Source of the DNA: Candidatus Lustribacter sp.
Lineage (GTDB): Bacteria > Vulcanimicrobiota > Vulcanimicrobiia > Vulcanimicrobiales > Vulcanimicrobiaceae
DNA: 64,000 nucleotides
Reading direction: 5' to 3'
Assembly: GCA_965277805.1 (NCBI GenBank)
Contig: OZ255842.1
Coordinates: 3,296,001-3,360,000, forward strand
This document shows positions 38,888-48,109 of this stretch, piece by piece (within the stretch, counting starts at the first letter, position 1; each line of letters opens with the position of its first letter). The position numbers and the translations under genes were made by a program. The notes below the pieces were generated by a model, which searched no databases, was not told where the DNA came from, and saw nothing but the letters and a program-made list of their open reading frames with translations.

Positions 38888-39304
38888 ATGAAGTCGATCC
38901 CACTCGGGATCATTGAGCCGCAGCGACTCTTCGCACCGTTCCTGAACCAGGTGCTATCCGAAGCCGGCTTCAGCGTCGTCATCTCGCTCGAAAGCCTTTC
39001 GCTCGACGAACTCGGGCGCAACGAACCGACGGTGGTATTCATCGATATCGACTTCATCGAAGTTGATCCGATCAATGCACTGCGCCAAATACGGCAGATC
39101 GTACCCAACGCTACGGTCTGCGCGTATACCGGCCGCGCCGACGAAGGCTGGGCGGCAGCGTGTATTCGGGCCGGCGCCAACTGCGTGATCAGCAAATCTG
39201 CTGCACCCACGGAGATCGTGGCCGGCATTCAGCGCGCGATGCGCGTCGGGTCGTACGTCGATCGCCGCTTCGACGGCGAAGACGAGTCCTCCGAAGAAAT
39301 TTAG
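38888..39304 (+). CDS. Stand-alone NarL-type receiver domain protein (no HTH)
   Basis: IIEPQ, FIDID, AGANCVISKS and GSYVDRR; similar to the REC of 38149-38787; acidic tail. Confidence 0.82.
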   Translation: MKSIPLGIIEPQRLFAPFLNQVLSEAGFSVVISLESLSLDELGRNEPTVVFIDIDFIEVDPINALRQIRQIVPNATVCAYTGRADEGWAAACIRAGANCVISKSAAPTEIVAGIQRAMRVGSYVDRRFDGEDESSEEI

Positions 39305-39340
39305 TCGCAACCGTTACGGTCGAAAAGTCGTGCCGCCCTT

Positions 39341-39354
39341 AGGACGTTCGACTC
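39341..39354. promoter_or_regulatory. DosR-box-like 14-bp site AGGACGTTCGACTC
   Basis: Directly upstream of the priming glycosyltransferase operon. Confidence 0.4.
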
Positions 39355-39381
39355 TCTAAGCCTCACTGTCACTGCGCTACG

Positions 39382-40875
39382 ATGGGTGCCTCTACCCGAA
39401 CGACGCAGGGACCACACGTGAGCGCAAGTGTCAGTGGAGAAGCGACCACTTCTTACCACACTCCGAGCCTAACCATTGCGCCGACCAAACGCCGGCCGAA
39501 AGTTTTCGGTCGCCGCTGGGCGGCATTGCTCGTCGTCACCGACGTCACGATGTTTCTCTTGGCAGCCCTGACGGCAACCGAAATCGTCAAAGCCGGCAGC
39601 TACGTGCCGGCACCGGCCGACAGCATCCTGGTATCGACGATGATCTATGCGGCCTTCTGGCTCATCATCTTCGAACGTCTGGGACTGTATCGCCAATCGT
39701 TCGCGACGACGGTCAAGGACGAAATCTACTATACGGCCGCGGCGCTCGCGCTCGGCGCGCTACCGCAGTTTCTGCTCTTCACCTTCGTGCCGTCCGTATC
39801 GTCGTCGCGCTCCGTGCTGCTATTATCCGTGGCCATCGCTTCGGTGACAGTCGGGACCACTCGAGCCCTATTGCACCTTTCGCGCGCTCGTCTCAGCGAA
39901 CAATTTCCGCCGCGCATCGCCGTCGTCGGTCACGCCTCGCGGCTCGACTCGGCGTTGCAATCGCTCAATTTTCCGCCCAGCACGCGCGTGCTGCCCTTGA
40001 TCGAGCCCGACGTCGAGTCGACCTTGCTCGATCTCAACCTCACGCAAGACGAAAACCTCAACCGCGTGCCGTGGCTGCGCCAAGCGCGGGCCTGGGGCGC
40101 CGACACGATCCTCATGACCGAGATCCTGCCGCCGCACGTGTTGCCGCTACTGCTGGAAACCACGGCCCGGGACCGCATTAAAATCGCGTTTGCTCCGCCG
40201 CGCCTGTGCGCCCATGCCTATGAGTACACGCTCCGCACCGACGGTCATCAAGCGCTCATCGTGCCCTTCCGGCTCAGCGCGTGCCGTCCGATTGCGCGCG
40301 TCACCAAGCGCGCCTTCGATCTCGTTCTTGCCTCGGTCGCACTGATCGTCGCGACGCCGGTGATGCTGGCGGCGGCGGTGGCTATTTTGATCGATTCCGG
40401 CCACCCCATTTTCTTCACCCAGTCGCGCGTCGGGCGCAACGGCCAGGTGTTCGAAGTCCTGAAATTCCGCACGATGCGCGTCGACGCCGAAGGCGTGTCC
40501 GGTCCGGTTTGGGCGAGCGCGCGCGATCCGCGCAAAACTCGCCTCGGCTCGTTCTTACGCCGCACGAGCATCGATGAACTACCGCAGATCTTGAACGTGC
40601 TGCGCGGTGAGATGTCGATCGTCGGTCCGCGACCGGAACGCCCGGTTTTCGTGGAAGACTTTCGCCGCCAGCTGCCGCGCTACGACGAACGCCACCTCGT
40701 CCGCCCGGGGATCACCGGTTGGTCGCAAGTACACATGAAACGCGTGCTGTCCGTGAGCGACGTTTCGGAGAAACTAAGCCACGATCTGTTTTACGTCGAG
40801 AACTGGTCCTTCTTCATGGACGTGTCCGTCGTCGTGAAGACGGCAGCGGAGTTTTTGTTTCACCGGGCGGCGTAA
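39382..40875 (+). CDS. Priming sugar transferase (WcaJ/WbaP-type polyprenyl glycosylphosphotransferase)
   Basis: N-terminal TM helices; KRAFD, KFRTM, DPR.T..G.FLRRTSIDELPQ, GEMSIVGPRPE and PGITGWSQV motifs. Confidence 0.95.
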   Translation: MGASTRTTQGPHVSASVSGEATTSYHTPSLTIAPTKRRPKVFGRRWAALLVVTDVTMFLLAALTATEIVKAGSYVPAPADSILVSTMIYAAFWLIIFERLGLYRQSFATTVKDEIYYTAAALALGALPQFLLFTFVPSVSSSRSVLLLSVAIASVTVGTTRALLHLSRARLSEQFPPRIAVVGHASRLDSALQSLNFPPSTRVLPLIEPDVESTLLDLNLTQDENLNRVPWLRQARAWGADTILMTEILPPHVLPLLLETTARDRIKIAFAPPRLCAHAYEYTLRTDGHQALIVPFRLSACRPIARVTKRAFDLVLASVALIVATPVMLAAAVAILIDSGHPIFFTQSRVGRNGQVFEVLKFRTMRVDAEGVSGPVWASARDPRKTRLGSFLRRTSIDELPQILNVLRGEMSIVGPRPERPVFVEDFRRQLPRYDERHLVRPGITGWSQVHMKRVLSVSDVSEKLSHDLFYVENWSFFMDVSVVVKTAAEFLFHRAA

Positions 40876-42191
40876 TGCCGCGGTCCGGAGCGCCCGGCCT
40901 AGCCAGCCAAGCAGGGCTGGTCTTCTTCGGAAATTCGAGCGGCTACCTCGTTGCGATCGTGACCGGCATCGTCGTGGCGCGCACGCTCGGCCCCGCCGGC
41001 AAAGGCGTCGCGGCATATGCCATGCTCGTAATGTCCGTGTTTACGACGTTCGGCAGCGGCGTACAGTCCGGCATCATGCATGCTTGCGGACGTAACGCGC
41101 AGCCGCAAATCATCGCCTACGGAACCGCCCTGCGGCTGCTCGGGCTCGTGATGCTTCCGGCCGCCCTCGCCCTCGGTGTGGCCGCCGTGGTCGACCCGCA
41201 ACACGCCTCGTTGGCGTATGTGGCCTGCGCGGTCCCGTTTGCCGTCTACTGTCAGATCGCCAATGCCATCTTCATGCTGCACGGCGACATCCGTTCGACC
41301 GTCATCCAAGCCGCGATACCGCCGTTCGGCGTCGCCCTATTCACGATTCCGGCGCTGACGCTCCTTCACGGTGGTTTATCGGCGGTATTGGGTATTTGGT
41401 CCCTCATGTTTGCGGTGTCCGCCTGCTACGCGATGGTCCGACTGGGCCACTACCTGCCCCCCCTCACGCTTGCGGGCGGCCGCGACGCGCTCAGGGACCA
41501 GGCCTTGTACGGGCTAAAAAGCGGCGCGACATCGCTGGCTGGTTTTCTCAACTTGCGCGTCGACGTCTTTGTGATCGGCGCGATGCTCGACGCACGTACG
41601 CTGGGTATATACAGCCTCGCAGTGGCGACCGGCGAGCTGATGTGGCAGTTGAGCCGCCCGCTCGCGTTCAGCGCGATGGGCCGCGTCGCGGCCGCCGACC
41701 GCGAGCAGGCGATAGCGCTGACCTCCACCATCACGCGTTCAATCGTCGCGCTCGAAGCCGGACTCGGTGCACTGCTCTTTCTCGTCGCCCCCGCGGCAAT
41801 TGCGCTGGTGTATGGCCGGCAATATGCCGAATCGGCCACGATCGTTCGCGCGCTCATCCCCGGGCTTATCCTATATGCTGCGCAAATGCCGCTCGGGTTC
41901 TTCGTTTCGGCCAAAGATGGGAGGCCGTTCGCAATGCTGACGGTTCAAACGGTCTCTGTCTTTGCATGTGCGGCAATCAGCGTCCTCACGATCCCGTATC
42001 TGAACGTCCTCGGCGCCGCACTTGCTACCGTCGTGACCTATGGCGCAACCTGGTTTGCGACAGCGCTCCTCTTTGCGCACAGCACCGGCACGCCGTTGGC
42101 ACGCTTCACGTTCGTACGTGGCCCCGACCTCGAGCACGTCGGGCAGATGCTGCGGAGGCTCCTGCAGCCTCGCCGGGTCGCGGCGCAGTGA
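40875..42191 (+). CDS. Wzx-type oligosaccharide flippase
   Basis: TAATG coupling; ARTLGPAGKG, LRVDVF and LGIYSLA motifs; multi-TM. Confidence 0.85.
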   Translation: MPRSGAPGLASQAGLVFFGNSSGYLVAIVTGIVVARTLGPAGKGVAAYAMLVMSVFTTFGSGVQSGIMHACGRNAQPQIIAYGTALRLLGLVMLPAALALGVAAVVDPQHASLAYVACAVPFAVYCQIANAIFMLHGDIRSTVIQAAIPPFGVALFTIPALTLLHGGLSAVLGIWSLMFAVSACYAMVRLGHYLPPLTLAGGRDALRDQALYGLKSGATSLAGFLNLRVDVFVIGAMLDARTLGIYSLAVATGELMWQLSRPLAFSAMGRVAAADREQAIALTSTITRSIVALEAGLGALLFLVAPAAIALVYGRQYAESATIVRALIPGLILYAAQMPLGFFVSAKDGRPFAMLTVQTVSVFACAAISVLTIPYLNVLGAALATVVTYGATWFATALLFAHSTGTPLARFTFVRGPDLEHVGQMLRRLLQPRRVAAQ

Positions 42192-43462
42192 TGCGCCGGT
42201 ATTTCGTTTGGGCGCTCCTCGCGTGCGTGATGGTCCTCGTTGCAATGGGCGCGGCAGTGCTCTCTCCGTCTTCTTCCGCCGGCTCCGCGCTGAGAATCGC
42301 CGCGCGCGCGACCAAGGGCGCTGCCGCCCGGCTGATTTCCACGTTAGGGACCTCGGGCAGCGCCGCGTCGGCAGCAGCGTCCGCGCAGGGTTCGACCCTG
42401 ACCGTTACGCCCGGTGGTCCCGGCCCGGGCGGCTTACAGAATGGACTAGAATATGCGGCGACCTTCCGGCCATATGGCGCAAATTCGGTATGGAACAGGC
42501 GCATCTCGGACCACCCGCTCATCGCGCAATTCAGCGCCGGCGTCCTCGAGCATCAATTTCCCGCCGGGAAAAACGACCGCCCGTTCCGTTCGAACGAAGC
42601 GGGCATCTATGACTACGGTCATCCAATTTTTTACGCGGCGGCGTCGGATCCGCTGGTGAACACCCGCTGCAACCAGTACTGCGGAACCTTTCCGCCGCGA
42701 ATTCGCATACCAGCCAAAGCACGGCCGGCCGGAGGCACCGACGCGCACTTCGAAATCATCCAGCCCGACGGTACCGACATTGGGATGTGGGCGACCAATG
42801 GCACCCCCAAGCGCGATTGGCAGTCCGGCGATACTGTCACCGCTGGCAATATCTCGAATTGCGGCAGCTTCTTCACCGGACCTGGCACGATGCCGGCTGG
42901 CCCGGCTCCGACTGCCGGCGGCGCGTGTCTGCGTGCCGGTGAAATCACTGCGGCAGAACTTCTCGCAGGGCACATCAATCACGCGCTCTTTGCCGCCGGT
43001 GCGTGCGCGCACGGCCGCCAATACCCGGCCGTGCCAGAAGCGTCGACGAACGAATGCACGAGCGGGATCGGTCCACCGTTGGGAGCGCGCGAGTGGTACG
43101 ACGTGCCATGTACTGATACGCAAGCGAATTCGCGTTTGCGGCCCTGGGAGAAAGCCATCCTGTGCGCGCTACACGATTATGGCGCGTACATGGAAGACAG
43201 CGGCGGCGGCGGTGGTACGTACTTCACCGGAATCGGCGTCGACGGAACCGAGTCAACCGAATCGGCGTTCGACTTCGGGCAGCCCGACCCGTTTTCAGCG
43301 CTTGCTTCGCAGGGCTGGTACTCGATCACGATTCCGAACGCCGACAAACAAGGCACGGCACGCGCGCGCTGGGTCGGCGCCGACGTTTGGAATCCACCCG
43401 GCGTCGACTTTCCTCATCACATACATTGGCTTGCGCCTTGCTCCGCGCAAGGGACCTGCTAG
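42191..43462 (+). CDS. Membrane-anchored/secreted Cys-rich hypothetical protein (paralog of 49366-50649)
   Basis: TGATG coupling; N-terminal hydrophobic helix, Ser/Ala linker, then a domain ending HIHWLAPCSAQGTC. Confidence 0.85.
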   Translation: MRRYFVWALLACVMVLVAMGAAVLSPSSSAGSALRIAARATKGAAARLISTLGTSGSAASAAASAQGSTLTVTPGGPGPGGLQNGLEYAATFRPYGANSVWNRRISDHPLIAQFSAGVLEHQFPAGKNDRPFRSNEAGIYDYGHPIFYAAASDPLVNTRCNQYCGTFPPRIRIPAKARPAGGTDAHFEIIQPDGTDIGMWATNGTPKRDWQSGDTVTAGNISNCGSFFTGPGTMPAGPAPTAGGACLRAGEITAAELLAGHINHALFAAGACAHGRQYPAVPEASTNECTSGIGPPLGAREWYDVPCTDTQANSRLRPWEKAILCALHDYGAYMEDSGGGGGTYFTGIGVDGTESTESAFDFGQPDPFSALASQGWYSITIPNADKQGTARARWVGADVWNPPGVDFPHHIHWLAPCSAQGTC

Positions 43463-43509
43463 GCGGGCCGTACCGGGCCCGGCACGAAATGAAGACCGGT
43501 CCAATGCGA

Positions 43510-44916
43510 TCATGCTGAACTTGCGATTCGGCGTTGATCCAGTTGACTCAAATACGCGCTCCGGACAAACGCGCCAAGCAAAAACGCGGCCCATAGATAC
43601 TTGTAGAACATCAAATCAAGCGAGAGCGAATTCACGAAAAGTCCGAGCATCCCGGCCTCAACTGCCCTCCGCGCACTGAAAAGTGCCGGTGAAGAACGCG
43701 GTATCATGCGAGCGATGCGAAACTGGAAAAACCAGGCGGCGAGCACCAACGCGAGGCCGATGATGCCTAGTTCGACAGCGTTGCTCGCGATCAGACTGTG
43801 CGAATCTTGCGACCACGGGGCGATGAGGCGACCGTGCGCGTTGGCGAGGTACGATTGCGTGTAAGCGAGTCGGAACTGGTCCGCGCCGATTCCGAACCAC
43901 GGGCGATGCTTGAATGCATCTAACGCGATGCCCCAGATCGAGTAGCGGCCGCCCGCCTCAGCCTGGCCGGGATCGGTGAACCGGATCCAGACGTTGGGAA
44001 ACGGTATGCTAGCCAACAACCCGGCCCCGGCGATCAGACTTAATTGTACCCGCTCGCCGTAAAAAATCATCAGATAAACCCACATGATGGCGATCGCGAT
44101 GAACGAGCCGCGGGTACCACTGACGAACACGGCAGCGAACATCACCAGCAGTGCCCCGGCGAAAAGCACTTTACGCCAGCCCTTGAAATGGAGCATCGCA
44201 ACGAGAGCCAAGGCGATCGGCATGAGTAGTGCAGCTGAGAAGTGGTCGGCGTTCACATACGACGTGTCGTTCATCTTGATGGCCAGGCGGCCGTTCGCAG
44301 TAGCGCCACTAATGCGGCTGGGCGCATGCTGGAAGATCCAGACGCCGAAAGCAGCGAACGCCGTTCCGCCGCCCAATGCCGCACCGAGAATTGCCCACAG
44401 TTCGCCCTCGCTTATTCGGATCATCGACGCGATGACGAAGATAAGGAACAGCTCGATAGTCGCCGTGAGGACCTCGTTATGGTACATCGGAACTTCCGAC
44501 CACATATACGACGCAACGCTCCAGCCCAAATACGCCGCCCATGCTATCGCCACCGCCGGTGCGCCGATGACGCGACGCCGGTCGGTCAGCACGAGCACCA
44601 TCGCGATCGCCGACGCCAATCCGAGAAATTTCGTGATCGTGCCTCCGCCGGTCTGTAAAAGCGTATCGAACGGCACGACAAAAACGTAGGCGCATAGTGG
44701 AAACAGGACCGGACGCGCGAAGCAAAGCGACGCCGCCGCGGCACCGATCGCTGCGAGTATCGCGAGCTTGACCGGAAAGTTGAGGTTCGCTAACCCCTGA
44801 CCCGAGACCACGAGCCCGAGAAGCACCGCCAACGCGAGCAGCAGTAGGAGAGGCAATCGGCCAATGCGAGGCAGCTGCCGTATCGAGAAAGAGCTCGCGC
44901 TGTTTGCTGGTTGCAT
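43510..44916 (-). CDS. O-antigen ligase/Wzy polymerase family protein
   Basis: Multi-TM; NADH, SGTRG, GRYSIW...P.FGIG and SHS motifs of the Wzy_C domain; start approximate. Confidence 0.85.
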   Translation of the reverse strand: MQPANSASSFSIRQLPRIGRLPLLLLLALAVLLGLVVSGQGLANLNFPVKLAILAAIGAAAASLCFARPVLFPLCAYVFVVPFDTLLQTGGGTITKFLGLASAIAMVLVLTDRRRVIGAPAVAIAWAAYLGWSVASYMWSEVPMYHNEVLTATIELFLIFVIASMIRISEGELWAILGAALGGGTAFAAFGVWIFQHAPSRISGATANGRLAIKMNDTSYVNADHFSAALLMPIALALVAMLHFKGWRKVLFAGALLVMFAAVFVSGTRGSFIAIAIMWVYLMIFYGERVQLSLIAGAGLLASIPFPNVWIRFTDPGQAEAGGRYSIWGIALDAFKHRPWFGIGADQFRLAYTQSYLANAHGRLIAPWSQDSHSLIASNAVELGIIGLALVLAAWFFQFRIARMIPRSSPALFSARRAVEAGMLGLFVNSLSLDLMFYKYLWAAFLLGAFVRSAYLSQLDQRRIASSA

Positions 44917-45030
44917 TCGATGCCCAGCGTATCCCGTCGTGAGTAGCTCGGGCAGGGCCCATTGGGGTAGTCTTGTGGTCCCTCTCGTCCAAGGTGCGCC
45001 CAATGCGCAGCCACAATTGCGCTCACTACG

Positions 45031-45954
45031 ATGCTGCAGACGTTATACCGGCACGATGGGTGGGCCATCGGACTCATCCGCGCCGGCGCCGCCGCGCTGA
45101 TTGCGGGTGGCATTCCGCCGATCGAGTGGTTGCATCTACACGACCGGCGCGCCTTTGCGGCCGATCCGTTTCTCATCGAAGAAGGCGGCAGTCGATTCTG
45201 TTTCTTCGAGGCATTGCCGTATGCGACTAATCGCGGCAAGATCGCGTATGCGGTACTCGACGGCCAACCGGGGAGGCCGCAGGTTCACGACGCCATCGTC
45301 GCGCCGTTTCATCTCTCCTATCCCTATCTGCTGCGGCACGAGGGCGAGATTTTGTGCATTCCGGAAGCCGGCGAGAGCGGGCGCGTGATCGCGTATGCCG
45401 CACGCAACTTCCCCGACGGCTGGTACGAGCGCCACACCCTCATCAACGGCTTTGCAGGCGTCGATCCGACGATCTTCCGGCACAACGGCCGCTGGTGGAT
45501 GCTGGCGACGGACGGCCGCGCGCATTGGAATGCGGAACTGCACGCCTGGTACGCCGATGAGTTGTTCGGCACGTGGAAGCCGCACCCGGGGAATCCGGTC
45601 AAGCGCGACCTCGCGGGCACGCGTCCGGCCGGACGTCCGTTCGTCATCGAAGGCCGGACCTATCGTCCGTCACAAGACTGCACGCTCCGCTACGGGCGCC
45701 GGCTCATCGTCAACGAGCTGCTCGAACTATCGCCCGACGGTTTTCGCGAACGCGCGGTGAGCATCGTCGAACCGGATCCGGCCGGACCTTTTGCCGACGG
45801 GCTGCACACGGCCAACGTGTGCGGCGACGTCATCGCCGTCGACGGCAATCACCTGCACTTCGAAGCGCGTCAGGCGGCGCGGGCCATCGTCGCGCGCCTG
45901 CGCGGGTTCCGCGCCAAAAGGCCCCTCAGCAATCCGGCGCCCCAAGCGATCTGA
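45031..45954 (+). CDS. Five-bladed beta-propeller protein resembling the GINT1 (glucosamine inositolphosphorylceramide transferase) N-terminal/GH43-like domain
   Basis: ADPFL, HLSYPYL, IPE, VDPT, HPGNPV, RPAG, RPSQDC..YG and LHT motifs. Confidence 0.75.
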   Translation: MLQTLYRHDGWAIGLIRAGAAALIAGGIPPIEWLHLHDRRAFAADPFLIEEGGSRFCFFEALPYATNRGKIAYAVLDGQPGRPQVHDAIVAPFHLSYPYLLRHEGEILCIPEAGESGRVIAYAARNFPDGWYERHTLINGFAGVDPTIFRHNGRWWMLATDGRAHWNAELHAWYADELFGTWKPHPGNPVKRDLAGTRPAGRPFVIEGRTYRPSQDCTLRYGRRLIVNELLELSPDGFRERAVSIVEPDPAGPFADGLHTANVCGDVIAVDGNHLHFEARQAARAIVARLRGFRAKRPLSNPAPQAI

Positions 45955-46862
45955 CAGGCGGGGAAAAACACGAATGAGGCCGCCGTGACGAGCGCGCTCT
46001 CCGACCGCGGCCGCGCAAGCCAAATCCCGATCGCGTAGCATGCGAACAGCGCGGCGACGAGCCGGCGCGACGGCGTGAGCAGCAGCAGCGCGGCAGCGAC
46101 GAGCGCGAACGGCGGCAGCAGATGCCGCATACGGAGCTCGTTCGGATGGCGGCGCAGCGTTTGCGCGCGCCAATAACCGTAGTTGCCCCACTGCCGAATC
46201 GCGGCGAAGGGGCCGCGTTTGACGCGATACGCGCTGATCGCCGGGACTTGTAACGTGAGGTAACCGAGTTGCCGGAGGCGCGCGGCCAGTTCCGCATCCT
46301 CGTTCGCCTTCCAGCGCTCGTCAAAGCCGCCCGCCGCCGCCAGCGCCTGCTGACGCCAGGCGCCCAAGTAAACGTTATTCGTTTGGCGCACCGCCGCAGC
46401 GCGCCGGAATCCGGCGCCGCCTAGGCCGAACGGATTCGTATAAAGCGCGACGACCAGTGCGCGCTCGAACGATGATTCGGGTTGCGGAACCTGGCAGCCG
46501 CCGACGCATCCAACCGTCGGGGGCGCGGCTTCGAACGCCTCGAGAATCGTCCGGATGTAGTCCGGTGCGTACGTCGTGTGCGCGTCGAGGCGGATGATGA
46601 TTTCGTCCGGCCGCGCATGTTCGATGCCGGCATTGAGCGACGCCGGAATCGAGCGCCGCGAATTGCTGACGACCATGCCGACGATTTCCGAGCCGGCAAA
46701 CCAGCGTTCCGCGAACTCGCGGCTGCCGTCGTCCGAACCGTTATCGACGATCACGAAGAACAGCCGGTCGAAGCCGACGTCTTGCGCGTCGAGACTCGCG
46801 AGAACGTCGCCGAGATTTTCGATCTCGTTGTAAACCGGCATGACGAGGGTCGCGCACAACAT
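45870..46862 (-). CDS. GT2 glycosyltransferase (ExoA-like)
   Basis: MPVYNE, DNGSDD, IRLDAH, NEDAEL..R and QW..YG.WR motifs. Confidence 0.9.
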   Translation of the reverse strand: MLCATLVMPVYNEIENLGDVLASLDAQDVGFDRLFFVIVDNGSDDGSREFAERWFAGSEIVGMVVSNSRRSIPASLNAGIEHARPDEIIIRLDAHTTYAPDYIRTILEAFEAAPPTVGCVGGCQVPQPESSFERALVVALYTNPFGLGGAGFRRAAAVRQTNNVYLGAWRQQALAAAGGFDERWKANEDAELAARLRQLGYLTLQVPAISAYRVKRGPFAAIRQWGNYGYWRAQTLRRHPNELRMRHLLPPFALVAAALLLLTPSRRLVAALFACYAIGIWLARPRSESALVTAASFVFFPACQIAWGAGLLRGLLARNPRRRATMARAA

Positions 46863-46901
46863 GATAAGGGAATTCTAAACCTTCGCGAACGCTCGCTTAG
46901 A

Positions 46902-46948
46902 GTGCCGGACGGCCCCGCACCGCCGGGCCGCCTTGGGGCTTTTGGGCC
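46902..46948. promoter_or_regulatory. Two DosR-box-like 14-bp sites (rc GGGCCGTCCGGCAC at 46902-46915; GGGGCTTTTGGGCC at 46935-46948)
   Basis: In the divergent GT2/acyltransferase intergenic region; both keep C5 and G10. Confidence 0.35.
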
Positions 46949-47005
46949 CTCCCACAGCCCGCGAAAAATGCGACACTTCCCCTAGCCGACGACGGGGAGG
47001 GCAGT

Positions 47006-48109
47006 TTGGTATTTCGAAACGTGCAGGCGTTGCGCGCTGCAGCGGCGCTGCTGGTCGTCGGCGTGCATGTCGGGAATGCAAACGGTTTCGAAGCGCGCTA
47101 TCTGTCACCGTCTCCGGTACTCACGCACGTCCTCGGCACGGCCGGCTGGTACGGCGTCGACTTGTTCTTCGTCATTAGCGGTTTCATCATGACGGTAACG
47201 ACCTGGTCGCTCTTCGGGAGCGCGAAGAACGGGTTCACGTTCTTGTTGCGGCGGATAACGCGCATCTATCCACCTTACTGGGTCGCCTTGGTGCCGATCC
47301 TGATCGTCTATCTGCTTCGCCCCGGCTTGGTCGACTCACACGCCGCCGGCCCGCCGAATATCTTGGCGTCTTTTTTACTGTTTCCTCAGAACGGCGAGCC
47401 ATTGCTGCTCGTGTCGTGGACCCTCGTCTTCGAGATGGCGTTCTACCTGGTATTTGCCGTCGCCCTGATGTTTGGACGCCGTCGATTGCCGGTCGTTTTG
47501 ACGCTATGGACATTGGGAATTGTATTTGCCGCCTGGCAGTGGTCGAGCAGTCCGAACGCTGCGCTGCGCTTTCTCGGCAACCCCCTACCGATCGAGTTCC
47601 TATTTGGGATCGGTACCGGGACACTCGTGATGCGAGGCATCTTGAAACGCCCCGCCCTGGCGATCGCAGTAGGGCTCCTTCCGGTGGTCGTGCTCATGAT
47701 TCACGATACCGTCGGCAAAGGTCTCGATCCGACGCTCTGGGGCCGCGCCGTCGGAGCGGGTTTCGGATTCGCCGCGATTCTTTACGGCGCGGTCGTGCTC
47801 GAGAAGGCGCGCAGCGTGATTTTTCCGCGCTGGCTCGATGCACTCGGTGACGCCTCATACGCGATGTATCTCTGGCACATCCCGGTGCTCACGGCACTGG
47901 GACTGCTCGTCGCACATCTACACGCGCGGAGCGTCCTCTCGCACATCGTGCTGCTAGCGGTCGCTTTTGGCTCGGTGATCGCCGTCTCGCTTGCGATCTT
48001 CCGCTTTATCGAGCGTCCGTTGACCCGCGCGCTGCACCGCGCGATCACGCCGCACCGGGCGCGGCCACGTACGCGACGGCTGCCCGTTTCGGCGGCGGTG
48101 CTCGAATGA
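47006..48109 (+). CDS. Acyltransferase_3 family O-acyltransferase (ExoZ-like)
   Basis: QALRAAAA..VV..H, GVDLFFVISGF, RRITRIYP, WTL.FE..FY and GDASYAMYLWH motifs. Confidence 0.92.
   Translation: MVFRNVQALRAAAALLVVGVHVGNANGFEARYLSPSPVLTHVLGTAGWYGVDLFFVISGFIMTVTTWSLFGSAKNGFTFLLRRITRIYPPYWVALVPILIVYLLRPGLVDSHAAGPPNILASFLLFPQNGEPLLLVSWTLVFEMAFYLVFAVALMFGRRRLPVVLTLWTLGIVFAAWQWSSSPNAALRFLGNPLPIEFLFGIGTGTLVMRGILKRPALAIAVGLLPVVVLMIHDTVGKGLDPTLWGRAVGAGFGFAAILYGAVVLEKARSVIFPRWLDALGDASYAMYLWHIPVLTALGLLVAHLHARSVLSHIVLLAVAFGSVIAVSLAIFRFIERPLTRALHRAITPHRARPRTRRLPVSAAVLE

Noticed and set aside
43464-43481. Hairpin CGGGCC-GTACCG-GGCCCG between convergent genes as an intrinsic terminator
   Set aside because: Short stem and no U-tract on either strand.
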